Source: a virus | Lineage: Duplodnaviria > Caudoviricetes | Virus record (IMG/VR): IMGVR_UViG_3300049782_000146 | Coordinates: 1-30,347 of that record | DNA length: 30,347 nt | Reading direction: 5' to 3' (one strand) | Part shown: positions 1 to 9,199 of the stretch, in pieces | Numbering within the stretch: the first letter of the stretch is position 1 | Layout of the letters: each line of letters begins with the position of its first letter | Translations under genes and position numbers: made by a program | Notes under the pieces: model-generated | What the model was told of the DNA's origin: nothing | Databases searched by the model: none | What the model saw: only the letters and a program-made list of their open reading frames with translations

Positions 1-159
1 CCCATCCCCATCCGTGCACACGAGTGGGCGGCGACGCTCCTGGTCATGCGCCACCTGCCGACCCCGCGCGACCTCCTCCACACCCGCGAGACCGTCGACT
101 GGTGGGCGAGGGTGGGCGCGACGGCGAATGACAATCGAGGGTGGGGGGTGTGGCGGTGA
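1..159 (+). CDS. 3' end of a phage hypothetical protein (truncated by window edge)
   Basis: Frame 1 is open from base 1 (PIPIRAHEWAATLL...ATANDNRGWGVWR*) to TGA at 157-159, which overlaps an ATG at 159 in the next gene's frame. Confidence 0.45.
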   Translation, partial: PIPIRAHEWAATLLVMRHLPTPRDLLHTRETVDWWARVGATANDNRGWGVWR

Positions 160-218
160 TGGCCCCTCAGAGCAGGAACCCTGTGGGTGATTTTCCCACT
201 TGCGAAAAAGGAGACGAT

Positions 219-854
219 ATGCCAGATTTCGTCCAGGTGGGTGATTTCGGGCGCGGTGAGGCCGGTCCGGTTCCCTTCCACGCCGCCCTTCGCAGGGCCG
301 CGAAGCCGGACCTGGGGATATCCCGGTCCGGTGCGACGCACTGGATCTGCGTCAATCACCGCGCCGATGATGGATTTCGCGTTCGTATCGCGCTTCGGCG
401 TGAGGGATGTGAGGTCCATTGGCCCCGCTACATCGAGCGCCGCCCGAAGCACGACGACGTCATCCGGCCGATGTTCCCGGGCTACATGTTCGTTCTGCCA
501 CCTCCTTCGCTTGGCCCCGCCCTACTACGCCAGATCCCTGGTGTGCTCGGGGTCGTGGGTGTCCGTGACCGCGGCAGGCCCGATCCCTGCGACCACCTGG
601 TCGCGCACCTTCTCTCGCTCGCCGGCTGCATCGACGGAATGGCGGGCGTCATCGACGAAACCGAGGACAATCTCCCCGTGGCCCGCTTCAAGGTGGGCGA
701 CATGGTTTCCGTGGCCACCGGCCCCTTTGAGGGCATGCGAGGCCTCCTTCGGGCGGATCGTGGCGGTGAGCGTGTCACTGTGCTGCTGGCACTGCTGGGC
801 GGAGACCGCGAGGTCGAGTTGTCACGGGAATGGGTGGCAAGCCATGCCCAGTGA
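219..854 (+). CDS. NusG/RfaH-family transcription antitermination factor (NGN + KOW domains)
   Basis: NGN signature RPMFPGYMFV and N-terminal W-x-x-V strand; C-terminal KOW FKVGDMVSVATGPFEGMRG. AAGGAG at 208-213 favours ATG 219; ATG 159 is an alternative start. Confidence 0.88.
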   Translation: MPDFVQVGDFGRGEAGPVPFHAALRRAAKPDLGISRSGATHWICVNHRADDGFRVRIALRREGCEVHWPRYIERRPKHDDVIRPMFPGYMFVLPPPSLGPALLRQIPGVLGVVGVRDRGRPDPCDHLVAHLLSLAGCIDGMAGVIDETEDNLPVARFKVGDMVSVATGPFEGMRGLLRADRGGERVTVLLALLGGDREVELSREWVASHAQ

Positions 855-1203
855 AGCAACCCGGTTCAAGCCCGGCCAGTCCGGCAATCCTGGTGGTCGG
901 CCAAAGGGCTCTCGAAGCGTGGAAATGGCTGCTCGCGAACACACCGAGCTGGCGATGAATACGCTGATTTCGTGCTGCAAGGACGCCCGGGCACCTTGGG
1001 CTTCTCGCGTCACTGCTGCCTCTACGCTTCTCGACCGTGGCTGGGGGAAGGCCCGGCAAGACGTGAACATCGAGGGCGAGGTGGATGTCCGCTCTCTTGC
1101 CAACGCCGACCTTGATGCGGCTCTCCGAGCAGAGCTTGCCCGAGCCTTTGGGCTCACTGGTGCGGGAGACGCTAAGCCGCAGGGTTCGCGGAAGCCTCAC
1201 TGA
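844..1203 (+). CDS. Terminase small subunit (DUF5681-like N-terminus)
   Basis: Starts MPSEATRFKPGQSGNPGGRPKGSR; contains AASTLLDRGWGKARQ; lies directly upstream of the large subunit. The real start is ATG 844, not the ORF-track start at 187. Confidence 0.85.
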   Translation: MPSEATRFKPGQSGNPGGRPKGSRSVEMAAREHTELAMNTLISCCKDARAPWASRVTAASTLLDRGWGKARQDVNIEGEVDVRSLANADLDAALRAELARAFGLTGAGDAKPQGSRKPH

Positions 1204-2545
1204 CTGGTGCGAGGCGGCACTTACGCCGCTTGGCTTCGCCCCGGCCGCTCATCACCGCCTGCTCATCCACGAGCTGGAGGCGGTAGCCCGAGGCGAGAAC
1301 CGGCGGCTCGCGATCTTCATGCCGCCTGGTAGCGCCAAGAGTACCTACGCCTCGAAGCTCTTCCCGGCTTGGTTTCTGGCGCAGCGCCCAAACCTGCGGG
1401 TGATCGCCGCGAGCCATACCTCGGGCCTTGCGGAGCGGTTCAGTCGAGAGGTCCAGCGCTTCGTCCGCGAGAATGCCGACTTCCTCGGCTATGGCTTAGC
1501 CACAGAGCCGGCCGACATCTGGGACACGACGAACGGGGGCGAATACAAGGCGGTCGGTGTTGGGGGTGCTATTGCAGGCGCCCGAGCCGATCTTGCCATC
1601 ATCGATGACCCGGTGAAGACGCGGCAGGACGCCGACAGCCTCACTTATCGCGACCGGGCCTGGAACTGGTTCACCGCTGATCTCCGAACCCGCCTGAAGC
1701 CTGGCGCCCCGATCATCCTGATCCAGACCCGTTGGCACGAGGACGACCTTGGTGGCCGGCTGCTGGAGACGCAGAAGGGGCTCTGGAAGGTCATTTCCCT
1801 GCCGGCCACGGCAATCGAGGACGACCCTCTAGGCCGGGTCCCCGGCGAAATGCTTTGGTCCGATGACGCTTACGGCTACGGCGCCGAGATCGAGGCCGTG
1901 AAGCGTGAATACGAGCAGTCCGGCGCCATGCGCGACTGGTACTCGCTCTACGAGCAGAACCCACGCCCGGCTGACGGGGCTTTGTTCAAAACGGAGCGCC
2001 TGGAAATTATCGACGTGGCTCCAGCAGGGGGCTCCGTGGTGCGGGCGTGGGATCTGGCTGCAACGAAGCAAGTGGGCACACGCGATCCGGACTGGACGGT
2101 GGGGCTCAAGCTGCAGCGCACCGCCCAGGGCGCCTATGTGGTGCTCGACGTGGTGCGGGTCCGTGGCGGGCCTGACGAGGTCGAGGCGGCTATTCTGGCC
2201 ACCGCCAGTCAGGACGGGCGGTCGGTGATGGTCGGGCTCCCGCAGGACCCCGGTCAAGCCGGCAAGGCGCAGGCTCAGTATCTGGTCAAGCGGCTCGCCG
2301 GCTACACGGTCAAGGTAACCCCCGAGACCGGCGACAAGGCGACGCGAGCGGGCCCGGCTGCCAGCCAGGTCAATGTGGGGAATGTGCGGCTGCTCCGAGG
2401 GGCATGGAACCGGCCCTTCCTCGACGAGCTGGGCGGTTTCCCCTCAGGCACGAAGGACGATCAAGTGGACGCTCTTTCGCGCGCCTTCGGCATGGTGGGT
2501 GAGGCCAGCGTGGTCGAGCGGTTCCGGGTTATGTCCCGTGGCTGA
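1085..2545 (+). CDS. terL: Terminase large subunit
   Basis: Walker A-like MPPGSAKS, Walker B AIIDDPVK, IQTRWHEDDL, nuclease RAWDLAAT and KDDQVDA. Exact start uncertain. Confidence 0.95.
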   Translation: MSALLPTPTLMRLSEQSLPEPLGSLVRETLSRRVRGSLTDWCEAALTPLGFAPAAHHRLLIHELEAVARGENRRLAIFMPPGSAKSTYASKLFPAWFLAQRPNLRVIAASHTSGLAERFSREVQRFVRENADFLGYGLATEPADIWDTTNGGEYKAVGVGGAIAGARADLAIIDDPVKTRQDADSLTYRDRAWNWFTADLRTRLKPGAPIILIQTRWHEDDLGGRLLETQKGLWKVISLPATAIEDDPLGRVPGEMLWSDDAYGYGAEIEAVKREYEQSGAMRDWYSLYEQNPRPADGALFKTERLEIIDVAPAGGSVVRAWDLAATKQVGTRDPDWTVGLKLQRTAQGAYVVLDVVRVRGGPDEVEAAILATASQDGRSVMVGLPQDPGQAGKAQAQYLVKRLAGYTVKVTPETGDKATRAGPAASQVNVGNVRLLRGAWNRPFLDELGGFPSGTKDDQVDALSRAFGMVGEASVVERFRVMSRG

Positions 2546-3863
2546 ACTTCGACACGATGATTATGCGTGGCTCGTGGCCTCTCTGCACCGCCAGCGCGAG
2601 CGCGAGGACCGGCACACAACGCACAAGCCTATCGTGGATCTGTATGCCACCGACGGCCTTGCTGCCCTGATCGTCGACCGTCCGGCCGAGGACGCGCTCT
2701 CGCGAGGCTTCGTGGTGGAGGGGGACAAGGAGAAGGCGGTCCAGAACGAGATCGACCGTCTCGACGCTATCACAGCCTTGACGGACGCGGCGCGCTGGTC
2801 GCGACTTCATGGCGGAGGCGTCATTCTGCCTCTGGTTGATGACAGACTTACTTTGGATCAGCCGATCGGCATCGACAACATTCGCCAGATCAATGACCTG
2901 AAGGTCTATCCTGTCAGCGCCATCACTGCATCGGCAGTTCGCTACACTGACGAGCGTCTAGCAAACTATGGCGAGCCGATCTTCTACACGATCCAGCCGC
3001 CCTCTGGCCTGCCGTTTCCTGTGCATGAGAGCCGCCTTCTGCGCGTTCCGGGGGAACCGCTGGCCTATGCGCAGTCGGTAGGCCGCGAAATCCCTTGGAT
3101 CGGGCGCTCAGCCATCGAGGGCTGCCGTGAAGACTTGGGTCGCTATCGCGAGGCACTTCGGCTCATCAAGGAGATCCTCCGGCGCAAGCAGCAGGCCGTC
3201 TACAAGATGAAGGGCATGGCGGAGACCATGGCCATTCGCGAGTTTGACGCAGACGGCTCAATGCGTTTTGACGGCAAGGCGCTCGTGATGGACCGCCTCA
3301 ACCTGACCGACGCAGTAAGGGGCACCGAAACCACCATCGGGGTAGACGGCGAGGACGATTTCACGGTTCTGGATGCTAGCGTAAGCGGCCTTGACGCCGT
3401 GTTGGCCGGATACCGGATTGCCCTTGCGGCATCTTCCGGCATTCCAGTCCCGATCCTCTTCGGCGAGGGTCTGTCTGGCCTCGGGAACAGCGGCAGCGGC
3501 GAGCAGAGCATCTATCACGGCCGGGTCCGGCAGGTGCAGGAGCGCTCGCTCCGCCCCGCCCTGGAGCGGCTGGTTTCTCTGATCTGGGCACAATCCGAGG
3601 TGCGCGCGCGTGAGCCTGAAGGCTGGCGGATCACGTTCAACCCGCTCTGGTCGCCGAGTGAAAAGGAAGTGGCCGACGCGGAAAACGTCCGCGCCACGGC
3701 TTGGAAGACGCGGGCGGAGGCTCTGATCGCCCTTGGCGATGCGCAAGTTATGCTTCCAGAAGAGGTTCGGGGCTATGCCGCGAAGCAGTGGCCCGAGCTC
3801 GGCATTCGAGGCGGGACCGAGCCTGTAAGACTGCCCGACGATGATGCAGCGCCTGAAGCGTAG
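2538..3863 (+). CDS. Portal protein (DUF1073-type)
   Basis: Follows terL with GTG 2538 overlapping the terL end; motifs IVDRPAEDA, WSRLHGGG, VHESRLL, IPVPILFG, FNPLW. Confidence 0.88.
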   Translation: MAELRHDDYAWLVASLHRQREREDRHTTHKPIVDLYATDGLAALIVDRPAEDALSRGFVVEGDKEKAVQNEIDRLDAITALTDAARWSRLHGGGVILPLVDDRLTLDQPIGIDNIRQINDLKVYPVSAITASAVRYTDERLANYGEPIFYTIQPPSGLPFPVHESRLLRVPGEPLAYAQSVGREIPWIGRSAIEGCREDLGRYREALRLIKEILRRKQQAVYKMKGMAETMAIREFDADGSMRFDGKALVMDRLNLTDAVRGTETTIGVDGEDDFTVLDASVSGLDAVLAGYRIALAASSGIPVPILFGEGLSGLGNSGSGEQSIYHGRVRQVQERSLRPALERLVSLIWAQSEVRAREPEGWRITFNPLWSPSEKEVADAENVRATAWKTRAEALIALGDAQVMLPEEVRGYAAKQWPELGIRGGTEPVRLPDDDAAPEA

Positions 3864-4665
3864 GCCCCGGCCGCAGCGCTATCCCTTCGCCGCTGAGGTC
3901 GCCTACCGGAAGGCACTTCGCCAGCTTGTGGCGGATCTCCGGACCGCCCTTCGGGCACAGATTGACGCCCGCGGCCAGGAGATGATCGACACGGCCGCCA
4001 TCTTCCGGCCCGACGACGACGCGCCCGTGGGTCAGCCGACCGGCTGGGCGTCTATCCTGCGGTCTCTGCTGGAGATGATCATCGAGGGGGCTTCGGCCGG
4101 GCTGAGGAACGCCGAGGCCGCCATGGCCACGGCAGGGCAGAATGCGGCGGGCCTGACCCGCTCCGAGTGGCGGCGCTTTGTGCGCGAGAGCTACGGCGTG
4201 GACATTGTCAGGGGCGAGCCATGGCTGGCTGACCTGATGAGCGGGTGGGAGCAGACAAACCTCGGCCTGATCCGGTCGATCCCCGACACCATCGTCGGCC
4301 AAATCCGGACCGAGATGAGCCAGGCGATGACGCAGGGCACGAGCTTGCGGGACCTGAAGGCGATTGTCAGGGAACGGTGCGACGTCGGGGACGCCAGGGC
4401 GGAACTGATCGCCCGGGACCAGATCGGGAAGCTGACGGGCCAGCTTGCGCAGTACCGGCAGGTCGGCATCGGCGTGACCTCGTACATCTGGCGCACCGCC
4501 GGCGATGAGCGGGTCCGAGACAGCCACCGGGCGCTGAATGGCAAGACCTGCTCCTGGAAGAAGGCGCCGGCCATCGGGCACCCAGGGCAGCCGGTCCGGT
4601 GCCGCTGCTACGCCGATCCGATCCTGCCTGAGATGACCGAGACCGAGGTGCAACTCCTTGGCTAA
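3841..4665 (+). CDS. Minor head morphogenesis protein (SPP1 gp7 / Mu F family)
   Basis: RAELIARDQIGKL, YIWRTAGDERVRDSH, HPGQPVRCRC. Confidence 0.92.
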   Translation: MMQRLKRRPRPQRYPFAAEVAYRKALRQLVADLRTALRAQIDARGQEMIDTAAIFRPDDDAPVGQPTGWASILRSLLEMIIEGASAGLRNAEAAMATAGQNAAGLTRSEWRRFVRESYGVDIVRGEPWLADLMSGWEQTNLGLIRSIPDTIVGQIRTEMSQAMTQGTSLRDLKAIVRERCDVGDARAELIARDQIGKLTGQLAQYRQVGIGVTSYIWRTAGDERVRDSHRALNGKTCSWKKAPAIGHPGQPVRCRCYADPILPEMTETEVQLLG

Positions 4666-4678
4666 CTGAGGGCACCCC

Positions 4679-5764
4679 ATGGAAGCCATGCGCCACGACG
4701 CGGTGCCGCTCAAGGCGACGATGACGCCAGAGGGCTACATCGTCGACAGCCCGGTCCTGGGGAGGACGGGTGTGCAGATCTACCGGCGCGCGGATGGCCG
4801 CGAAATTCGCGAGTACCGCCCGCCCACCGTGGTCTTTGCCCCCGAGCACCTCGCCGCCATCCGTGGCCGGCCCATCATCGACGGCCACGTCCCCCGAGTG
4901 GATGCGGCCAACGTCCGGGCCCACACGGTTGGCACGATCCTTAGCGAAGGTCGTCAGGATGGCGACCACCTTCGGGCAGACATCATCATCCACGACCCGT
5001 CCCCCGTCCTGAAGGGCGGCAAGCGGGAGCTTAGCCTCGGCTACCGGGTGGTCGTCAGTGAGACCCCCGGCACGACCCCCGAGGGTGAACGCTACGACAC
5101 GATCGTCGAGCGGATCGCGATGGTCGATCACCTCGCCATCGTTCCGAAGGGCCGGGCCGGCGTCGCCCGTCTCAACCTCGACGCTGAAGACGCAGTTTGC
5201 ATCCATGACATAGAGGAGGGGCCATTGGCCGCCAATCTCGCCACGGTCCGCCTCGATGGTGGACTGACCTACGAAGCCCCGCCGGAGGTCGCGCACGCGC
5301 TCCAGCAAGCCCAGGAAGCCGCTGCCGCGGCGTCCCGCCGTGCTGACGCCGCCGAGGCTGACCGGGACGCCATGAAGGCCCGCCTGGACGCGGCTGAGGC
5401 CGATAAGGCGCAGATCCGCGCCGATGCGGCCACGCAGGTCCGCGCCCGGCTCGAGCTGGAAGGCCAGGCCAAGACGCACGGCGTCGAGGTCCGCGCCGAC
5501 ATGAGCGACCGCGCCATCCGGGAGGCAGTCGTGGCCAAGGTGCGCGGCGAGGCGGTGCGCTTCGATGGCAAGAGCGACGACTACGTCTCTTTCGCCTTCG
5601 ATCACGCCATCCAGGATGCAGCCGCTCGCAAGTCCGCCCAGGACCAGCAGCGCGCCGCCGTCAACGGTGCCGGGCCCGCCCCTCGCCAGGACAGCGCCCC
5701 CAAGGCGCAGCCCATCCGCTCCGCGCGCTCTGCGCGGGACGCCATGATCCGCAACCGCATCTGA
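4679..5764 (+). CDS. Prohead protease/scaffold (DUF2213-type)
   Basis: TPEGY, RTGVQIY, RELSLGY, DHLAIVPKGRAG; Ala-rich coiled-coil scaffold in the C-terminal half. Confidence 0.88.
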   Translation: MEAMRHDAVPLKATMTPEGYIVDSPVLGRTGVQIYRRADGREIREYRPPTVVFAPEHLAAIRGRPIIDGHVPRVDAANVRAHTVGTILSEGRQDGDHLRADIIIHDPSPVLKGGKRELSLGYRVVVSETPGTTPEGERYDTIVERIAMVDHLAIVPKGRAGVARLNLDAEDAVCIHDIEEGPLAANLATVRLDGGLTYEAPPEVAHALQQAQEAAAAASRRADAAEADRDAMKARLDAAEADKAQIRADAATQVRARLELEGQAKTHGVEVRADMSDRAIREAVVAKVRGEAVRFDGKSDDYVSFAFDHAIQDAAARKSAQDQQRAAVNGAGPAPRQDSAPKAQPIRSARSARDAMIRNRI

Positions 5765-5777
5765 AGGGATTGACCTG

Positions 5778-6263
5778 ATGCTGACCACCGACTTCGCGGT
5801 GCGGGACGGCGTTGCGCCGGGCCTGCCCGGCCTGCTCTACGACAGCGGTTTCACCGATAAGGTGAACGTCCCCTGCGGCGCCACTGCCCAGCCTTTCGGC
5901 ACCGTCGTGGCCGAGGTTGCCGCCACGGGCATCTCCGTGCTGCCGATCGGCTCCAACCCGGTCAAGGGCGTGGCGCTGAAGGACGATGCCATCGCCGCCG
6001 ACGGGTACTCGCAGTACGACGCCATGACCGTGGTTCGCCGCGGCCGGGTCTGGGCGCTCGCCTCCGGTACGTGCACCAAGGAGGCCGTGGCCAAGTACGC
6101 CCCGGCCACCGGCATCTTCGGTGACGCGGGCACCGCGACCCTCCCGAACGCCAAGTTCCTGAGCGGGAACATCACCGTGCCGGGGTTCGGCCCCGGCGGC
6201 ACCTCCGTCCAGATTGTGCTGGTGGAGCTGCATGACCCTTCCGTTGACGCTGTCAGCGCCTGA
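5778..6263 (+). CDS. Head decoration/cement protein
   Basis: Lies between protease and major capsid; PFG...V...RRGRVW pattern. Confidence 0.75.
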   Translation: MLTTDFAVRDGVAPGLPGLLYDSGFTDKVNVPCGATAQPFGTVVAEVAATGISVLPIGSNPVKGVALKDDAIAADGYSQYDAMTVVRRGRVWALASGTCTKEAVAKYAPATGIFGDAGTATLPNAKFLSGNITVPGFGPGGTSVQIVLVELHDPSVDAVSA

Positions 6264-6277
6264 GAGGACCTGAACCC

Positions 6278-7270
6278 ATGAGCACCCAGGAGCAGGTCCC
6301 CGCGCGCTTCGACGCCGCGGAATGGACCAACTACGACGAGGCCGACCGGATCGCGATCGAGGCGATCCTGCCGGACCTGCGCACCGACGAGGCTTCGGCC
6401 ATCGCGGCCCGCCAGCTCGACTACGTGAAGGCCCGCGCCTACACGCGTCAGCTTCCGGCCATGACCGGCGACCAGCTCATCCCGACCGAGAGCGATGTGC
6501 CGGAGGGCGCGAATAGCGTCGTTTACCGGCTCTACGACGCGGTTGGTGTGGCCAAGATCATCGGCAACTACGCCGACGACCTGCCGCGCGTGGATGTGCG
6601 TGGCCGTGAGATGTCCGCGCGCATTCGTTCGATCGGCGACAGCTATGGCTACAGCCAGCAGGATCTGCGGGCTTCGGCCATGTCCGGTACCAACCTCCCG
6701 GCCCGGAAGGGCGAGGTGGCTCGACTTGCGATTGCTCGCAAGGAGAACTCCATCAAGTTCGTGGGCGACGCGGCCTATGGCATCTACGGGATCCTGAACC
6801 ACCCGAACGTGCCCGTCGTGACGGCCATCACGGGCGGCTGGGCGACCCCCACGGTGACCGGCCAGCAGATCGTGGACGACGTCCTCGCCCTGCTGAACGG
6901 CATTGTCACGCAGTCGGCCGGCATCCATCGCGCGACGGTCGTCGGCATCGACAACATCCGCATGGCGTACCTGAACACGCGCCGGATGAACACGACCACC
7001 GAGACCACGGCGGGCCAGTTCCTCCGCAGCCTCTATCCAGGTCTGGCCTTTGTGGAGGTGCCCGAGTTCGCGGGCGCTGGCAGCGGCGGCGCCAACGTGA
7101 TGTGGGCGGCCGAGCGCGACGCGACCAACTACCACTACGAGGCGGTTATGCCTTTTCGGCAGTACGCCCCGCAGGCCCGCAACCTGGAGCTGGTGGTGCC
7201 CTGCGAGGCCCGGACCGGCGGCGTGGTCGTCGAGCAGGTGCTGAGCATGGCCAAGATGGAGGGCATCTGA
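6278..7270 (+). CDS. Major capsid protein (DUF2184-type, HK97 fold)
   Basis: ARQLDYV, DDLPRVD, GILNHPNVP, VPCEARTGGV; GAGGA RBS. Confidence 0.92.
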   Translation: MSTQEQVPARFDAAEWTNYDEADRIAIEAILPDLRTDEASAIAARQLDYVKARAYTRQLPAMTGDQLIPTESDVPEGANSVVYRLYDAVGVAKIIGNYADDLPRVDVRGREMSARIRSIGDSYGYSQQDLRASAMSGTNLPARKGEVARLAIARKENSIKFVGDAAYGIYGILNHPNVPVVTAITGGWATPTVTGQQIVDDVLALLNGIVTQSAGIHRATVVGIDNIRMAYLNTRRMNTTTETTAGQFLRSLYPGLAFVEVPEFAGAGSGGANVMWAAERDATNYHYEAVMPFRQYAPQARNLELVVPCEARTGGVVVEQVLSMAKMEGI

Positions 7271-7272
7271 TC

Positions 7273-7479
7273 ATGGCCAAGTTTGTGAATACGGGCGAGG
7301 GCGAGTTCGCCCGCGTCATCCATGTCGGCGGCGTCATGCTGGTGCCGGGCGTTGAGACCGAACTCCCGGACGACATCGCGGAGAAGGTGAAGGGCTTCCA
7401 GCCCCTTCTGGATAGCGGCGTCGTCAAGCCGGCGGGCCAGAAGGCTGAGCCGGCCAAGGCCTCCGCGAAGAAGGACTGA
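7273..7479 (+). CDS. Small phage structural/hypothetical protein (68 aa)
   Basis: MAKFVNTGEGEF...KKD; fills the gap between capsid and adaptor with phage-like codon usage. Confidence 0.75.
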   Translation: MAKFVNTGEGEFARVIHVGGVMLVPGVETELPDDIAEKVKGFQPLLDSGVVKPAGQKAEPAKASAKKD

Positions 7480-7481
7480 CC

Positions 7482-7823
7482 ATGACGCCGGCCGAACACC
7501 TTGCCATGGCGTATCCAGCGCTCGTGGCGGGGCTGGCGGCCGACGTTCGGGAATGGGCCCTGACTGTGGCTCAGGATTACCGCCCGCGCTGCCTGGGGGA
7601 GGATCGCCAGAACCTCGCCCAGGCTCACTATGCGGCCTACCTGCTTTCCCAGCGGGGCGGATCCTCGGACGCGGGCGCGGTCACCCGCTGGAAGGAGGGC
7701 GACGTGGAAATCACCTACGGCGGCTCCTCTTCCGGCGATGGTCCCTCCGGTCCCTATGCGGCCTGGAAGGCCATGAACGACGTATGCGTCCGCGCGGGCG
7801 CGATCGTCACCCGGTTCGGCTGA
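7482..7823 (+). CDS. Head-tail adaptor (DUF4054-like)
   Basis: AQAHYAAYLL, EGDVEITY; syntenic position. Confidence 0.75.
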   Translation: MTPAEHLAMAYPALVAGLAADVREWALTVAQDYRPRCLGEDRQNLAQAHYAAYLLSQRGGSSDAGAVTRWKEGDVEITYGGSSSGDGPSGPYAAWKAMNDVCVRAGAIVTRFG

Positions 7824-7827
7824 CCCC

Positions 7828-8283
7828 ATGCCCCGTGACGTCGTCATCTCCGACCGCGGCTGGAACCGTATCCGGGGCCAGATGCGCGAGTTAAGCCGCA
7901 GTCAGGTGAAGGTCGGGCTTCGGGCCGGCCCTGCCAACGACGGCGTGCAGATCGTGGACTATGCGGCCCATCAGGAGTTCGGGACGGAGACAATCCCGGC
8001 CCGGCCTTTCATGCGGCACACGGCCGACACCCAGGAGAACAACGCCCGCGCCTATGTGCGGCGCCTGGTGCCCCCTTTGCTGGAGGGGCGCATGGCTGTG
8101 GACAACGTGCTCGAGGCGGTCGGGCTCTGGTATCAAGCGGCACTGCGCCGGACGATCCGGCAGTCCCCTTCCTGGGCTGTCCCCAACGCCAAGGCGACCA
8201 TCGCCGCCAAGGGCTCCAGCGTGCCCCTGGTCGATGACGGCATGCTCGTCGGGGCGATCGACTACGAGAAGATCAGGCGGTGA
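7828..8283 (+). CDS. Neck/tail completion protein
   Basis: AAHQEFGTETIPARPFMR, PNAKATIAAKGSSVPLVDDG. Confidence 0.8.
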   Translation: MPRDVVISDRGWNRIRGQMRELSRSQVKVGLRAGPANDGVQIVDYAAHQEFGTETIPARPFMRHTADTQENNARAYVRRLVPPLLEGRMAVDNVLEAVGLWYQAALRRTIRQSPSWAVPNAKATIAAKGSSVPLVDDGMLVGAIDYEKIRR

Positions 8284-8666
8284 GCCCCTTCCGCAAGCCG
8301 ACCCCGGTGGTGCGCCGCCGGGCGGGCGAATACGTCCGCGGCGTCTGGGAGCCCTCCGCTGAACCCCTGCCGGAGACGGTCCTCCTGGGCATCCAGCCCG
8401 CCACACCGGGCGACTACGAGCGCCTCCAGGCCAACCCGGAAGGCCGGCGCATCGCGGGCCTGCTGCGAGCCTACGGGCCGGTCGAGAACCCGCTGAACGT
8501 GGGTGGCGAGGACACCAACCTGCCGGGCGACCTGGTGCTGCACGAGGACCGCTACTGGCTCGTCATCGGCCGGCACGTCCGGGACATTCTCGGCAGCCCG
8601 GTCAGCCACACCCGCTACCTGCTGGCGCGCGAGATCGAAGCCGGGGAAGGGGAGGTCGTCAGTTGA
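8280..8666 (+). CDS. Head closure / head-tail joining protein
   Basis: GEYVRGVW, IQPA, EGRR; GTGA overlap with the previous gene. Confidence 0.7.
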   Translation: MSPFRKPTPVVRRRAGEYVRGVWEPSAEPLPETVLLGIQPATPGDYERLQANPEGRRIAGLLRAYGPVENPLNVGGEDTNLPGDLVLHEDRYWLVIGRHVRDILGSPVSHTRYLLAREIEAGEGEVVS

Positions 8667-9187
8667 TCCCCGCCCTCATGGACTTTCTGCTCCCGATCGC
8701 TGAACCCAGGATGATCATCTGGGCAGACCGGAACGGCCCCCGGCCAGAGAAGCCCTATTTTACGATCAAGGTGCGAGGCACCAGCTCAGCCAAGCTGGTC
8801 GAGACCCCGCCCGACGCGAATGGCGTTGCGACCTTCCGCGAACACCGCCTCATCCGCTGCGAGGTGGCCTGTTTCGGCAAGGACGCGATCGCCCTGGCCC
8901 AGACCCTGTCGGTCCGTATGCGCCTCCCTTCGCAGACGCTTCGGGCCGAACAATGCGGGATCTCGCTCGCCTCTGTTGAGGACGTCCGAGACCTCACCGC
9001 CCTCCTGAACGCCAGCCAGCGCGAGGAGCGCGCCCTGCTGGAGTTCACCGGCTACGCGCTCGGCGAAGTCGCCGACAACGTCGGCCTCATCGAGCACGTC
9101 GTCCTTGAATGCCCGGTCGGGGGCGGTACCGGCCACCAACACGTCATCTCCATGCCCGACGCGGCCACGCCGCCACCCTCACCGTAA
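8663..9187 (+). CDS. Tail terminator / neck protein
   Basis: IWADRNGPRPEKPY motif; immediately upstream of the sheath. Confidence 0.7.
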   Translation: MIPALMDFLLPIAEPRMIIWADRNGPRPEKPYFTIKVRGTSSAKLVETPPDANGVATFREHRLIRCEVACFGKDAIALAQTLSVRMRLPSQTLRAEQCGISLASVEDVRDLTALLNASQREERALLEFTGYALGEVADNVGLIEHVVLECPVGGGTGHQHVISMPDAATPPPSP

Positions 9188-9199
9188 CGGAGCAGCCCC

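Noticed and set aside
187-843. N-terminal extension of terS in the ORF track
   Set aside because: It overlaps the NusG-like gene in another frame; the recognisable terS sequence begins at ATG 844.
1279-1290. ops-like GGCGGTAG within terL
   Set aside because: It lacks the nnTG ending, lies inside coding sequence, and an 8-mer like this is expected by chance in GC-rich DNA.
2538-3863. Anti-CBASS Acb1 label often attached to DUF1073 proteins
   Set aside because: Size and position between terL and the minor head gene indicate a portal; no HxT/HxS 2H-phosphoesterase pair was seen.
3748-7847. Long minus-strand ORFs (3748-4713, 4367-5788, 5837-7135, 7146-7847) and 26103-27263
   Set aside because: Shadow ORFs caused by high-GC codon bias opposite well-supported genes; no recognisable motifs.
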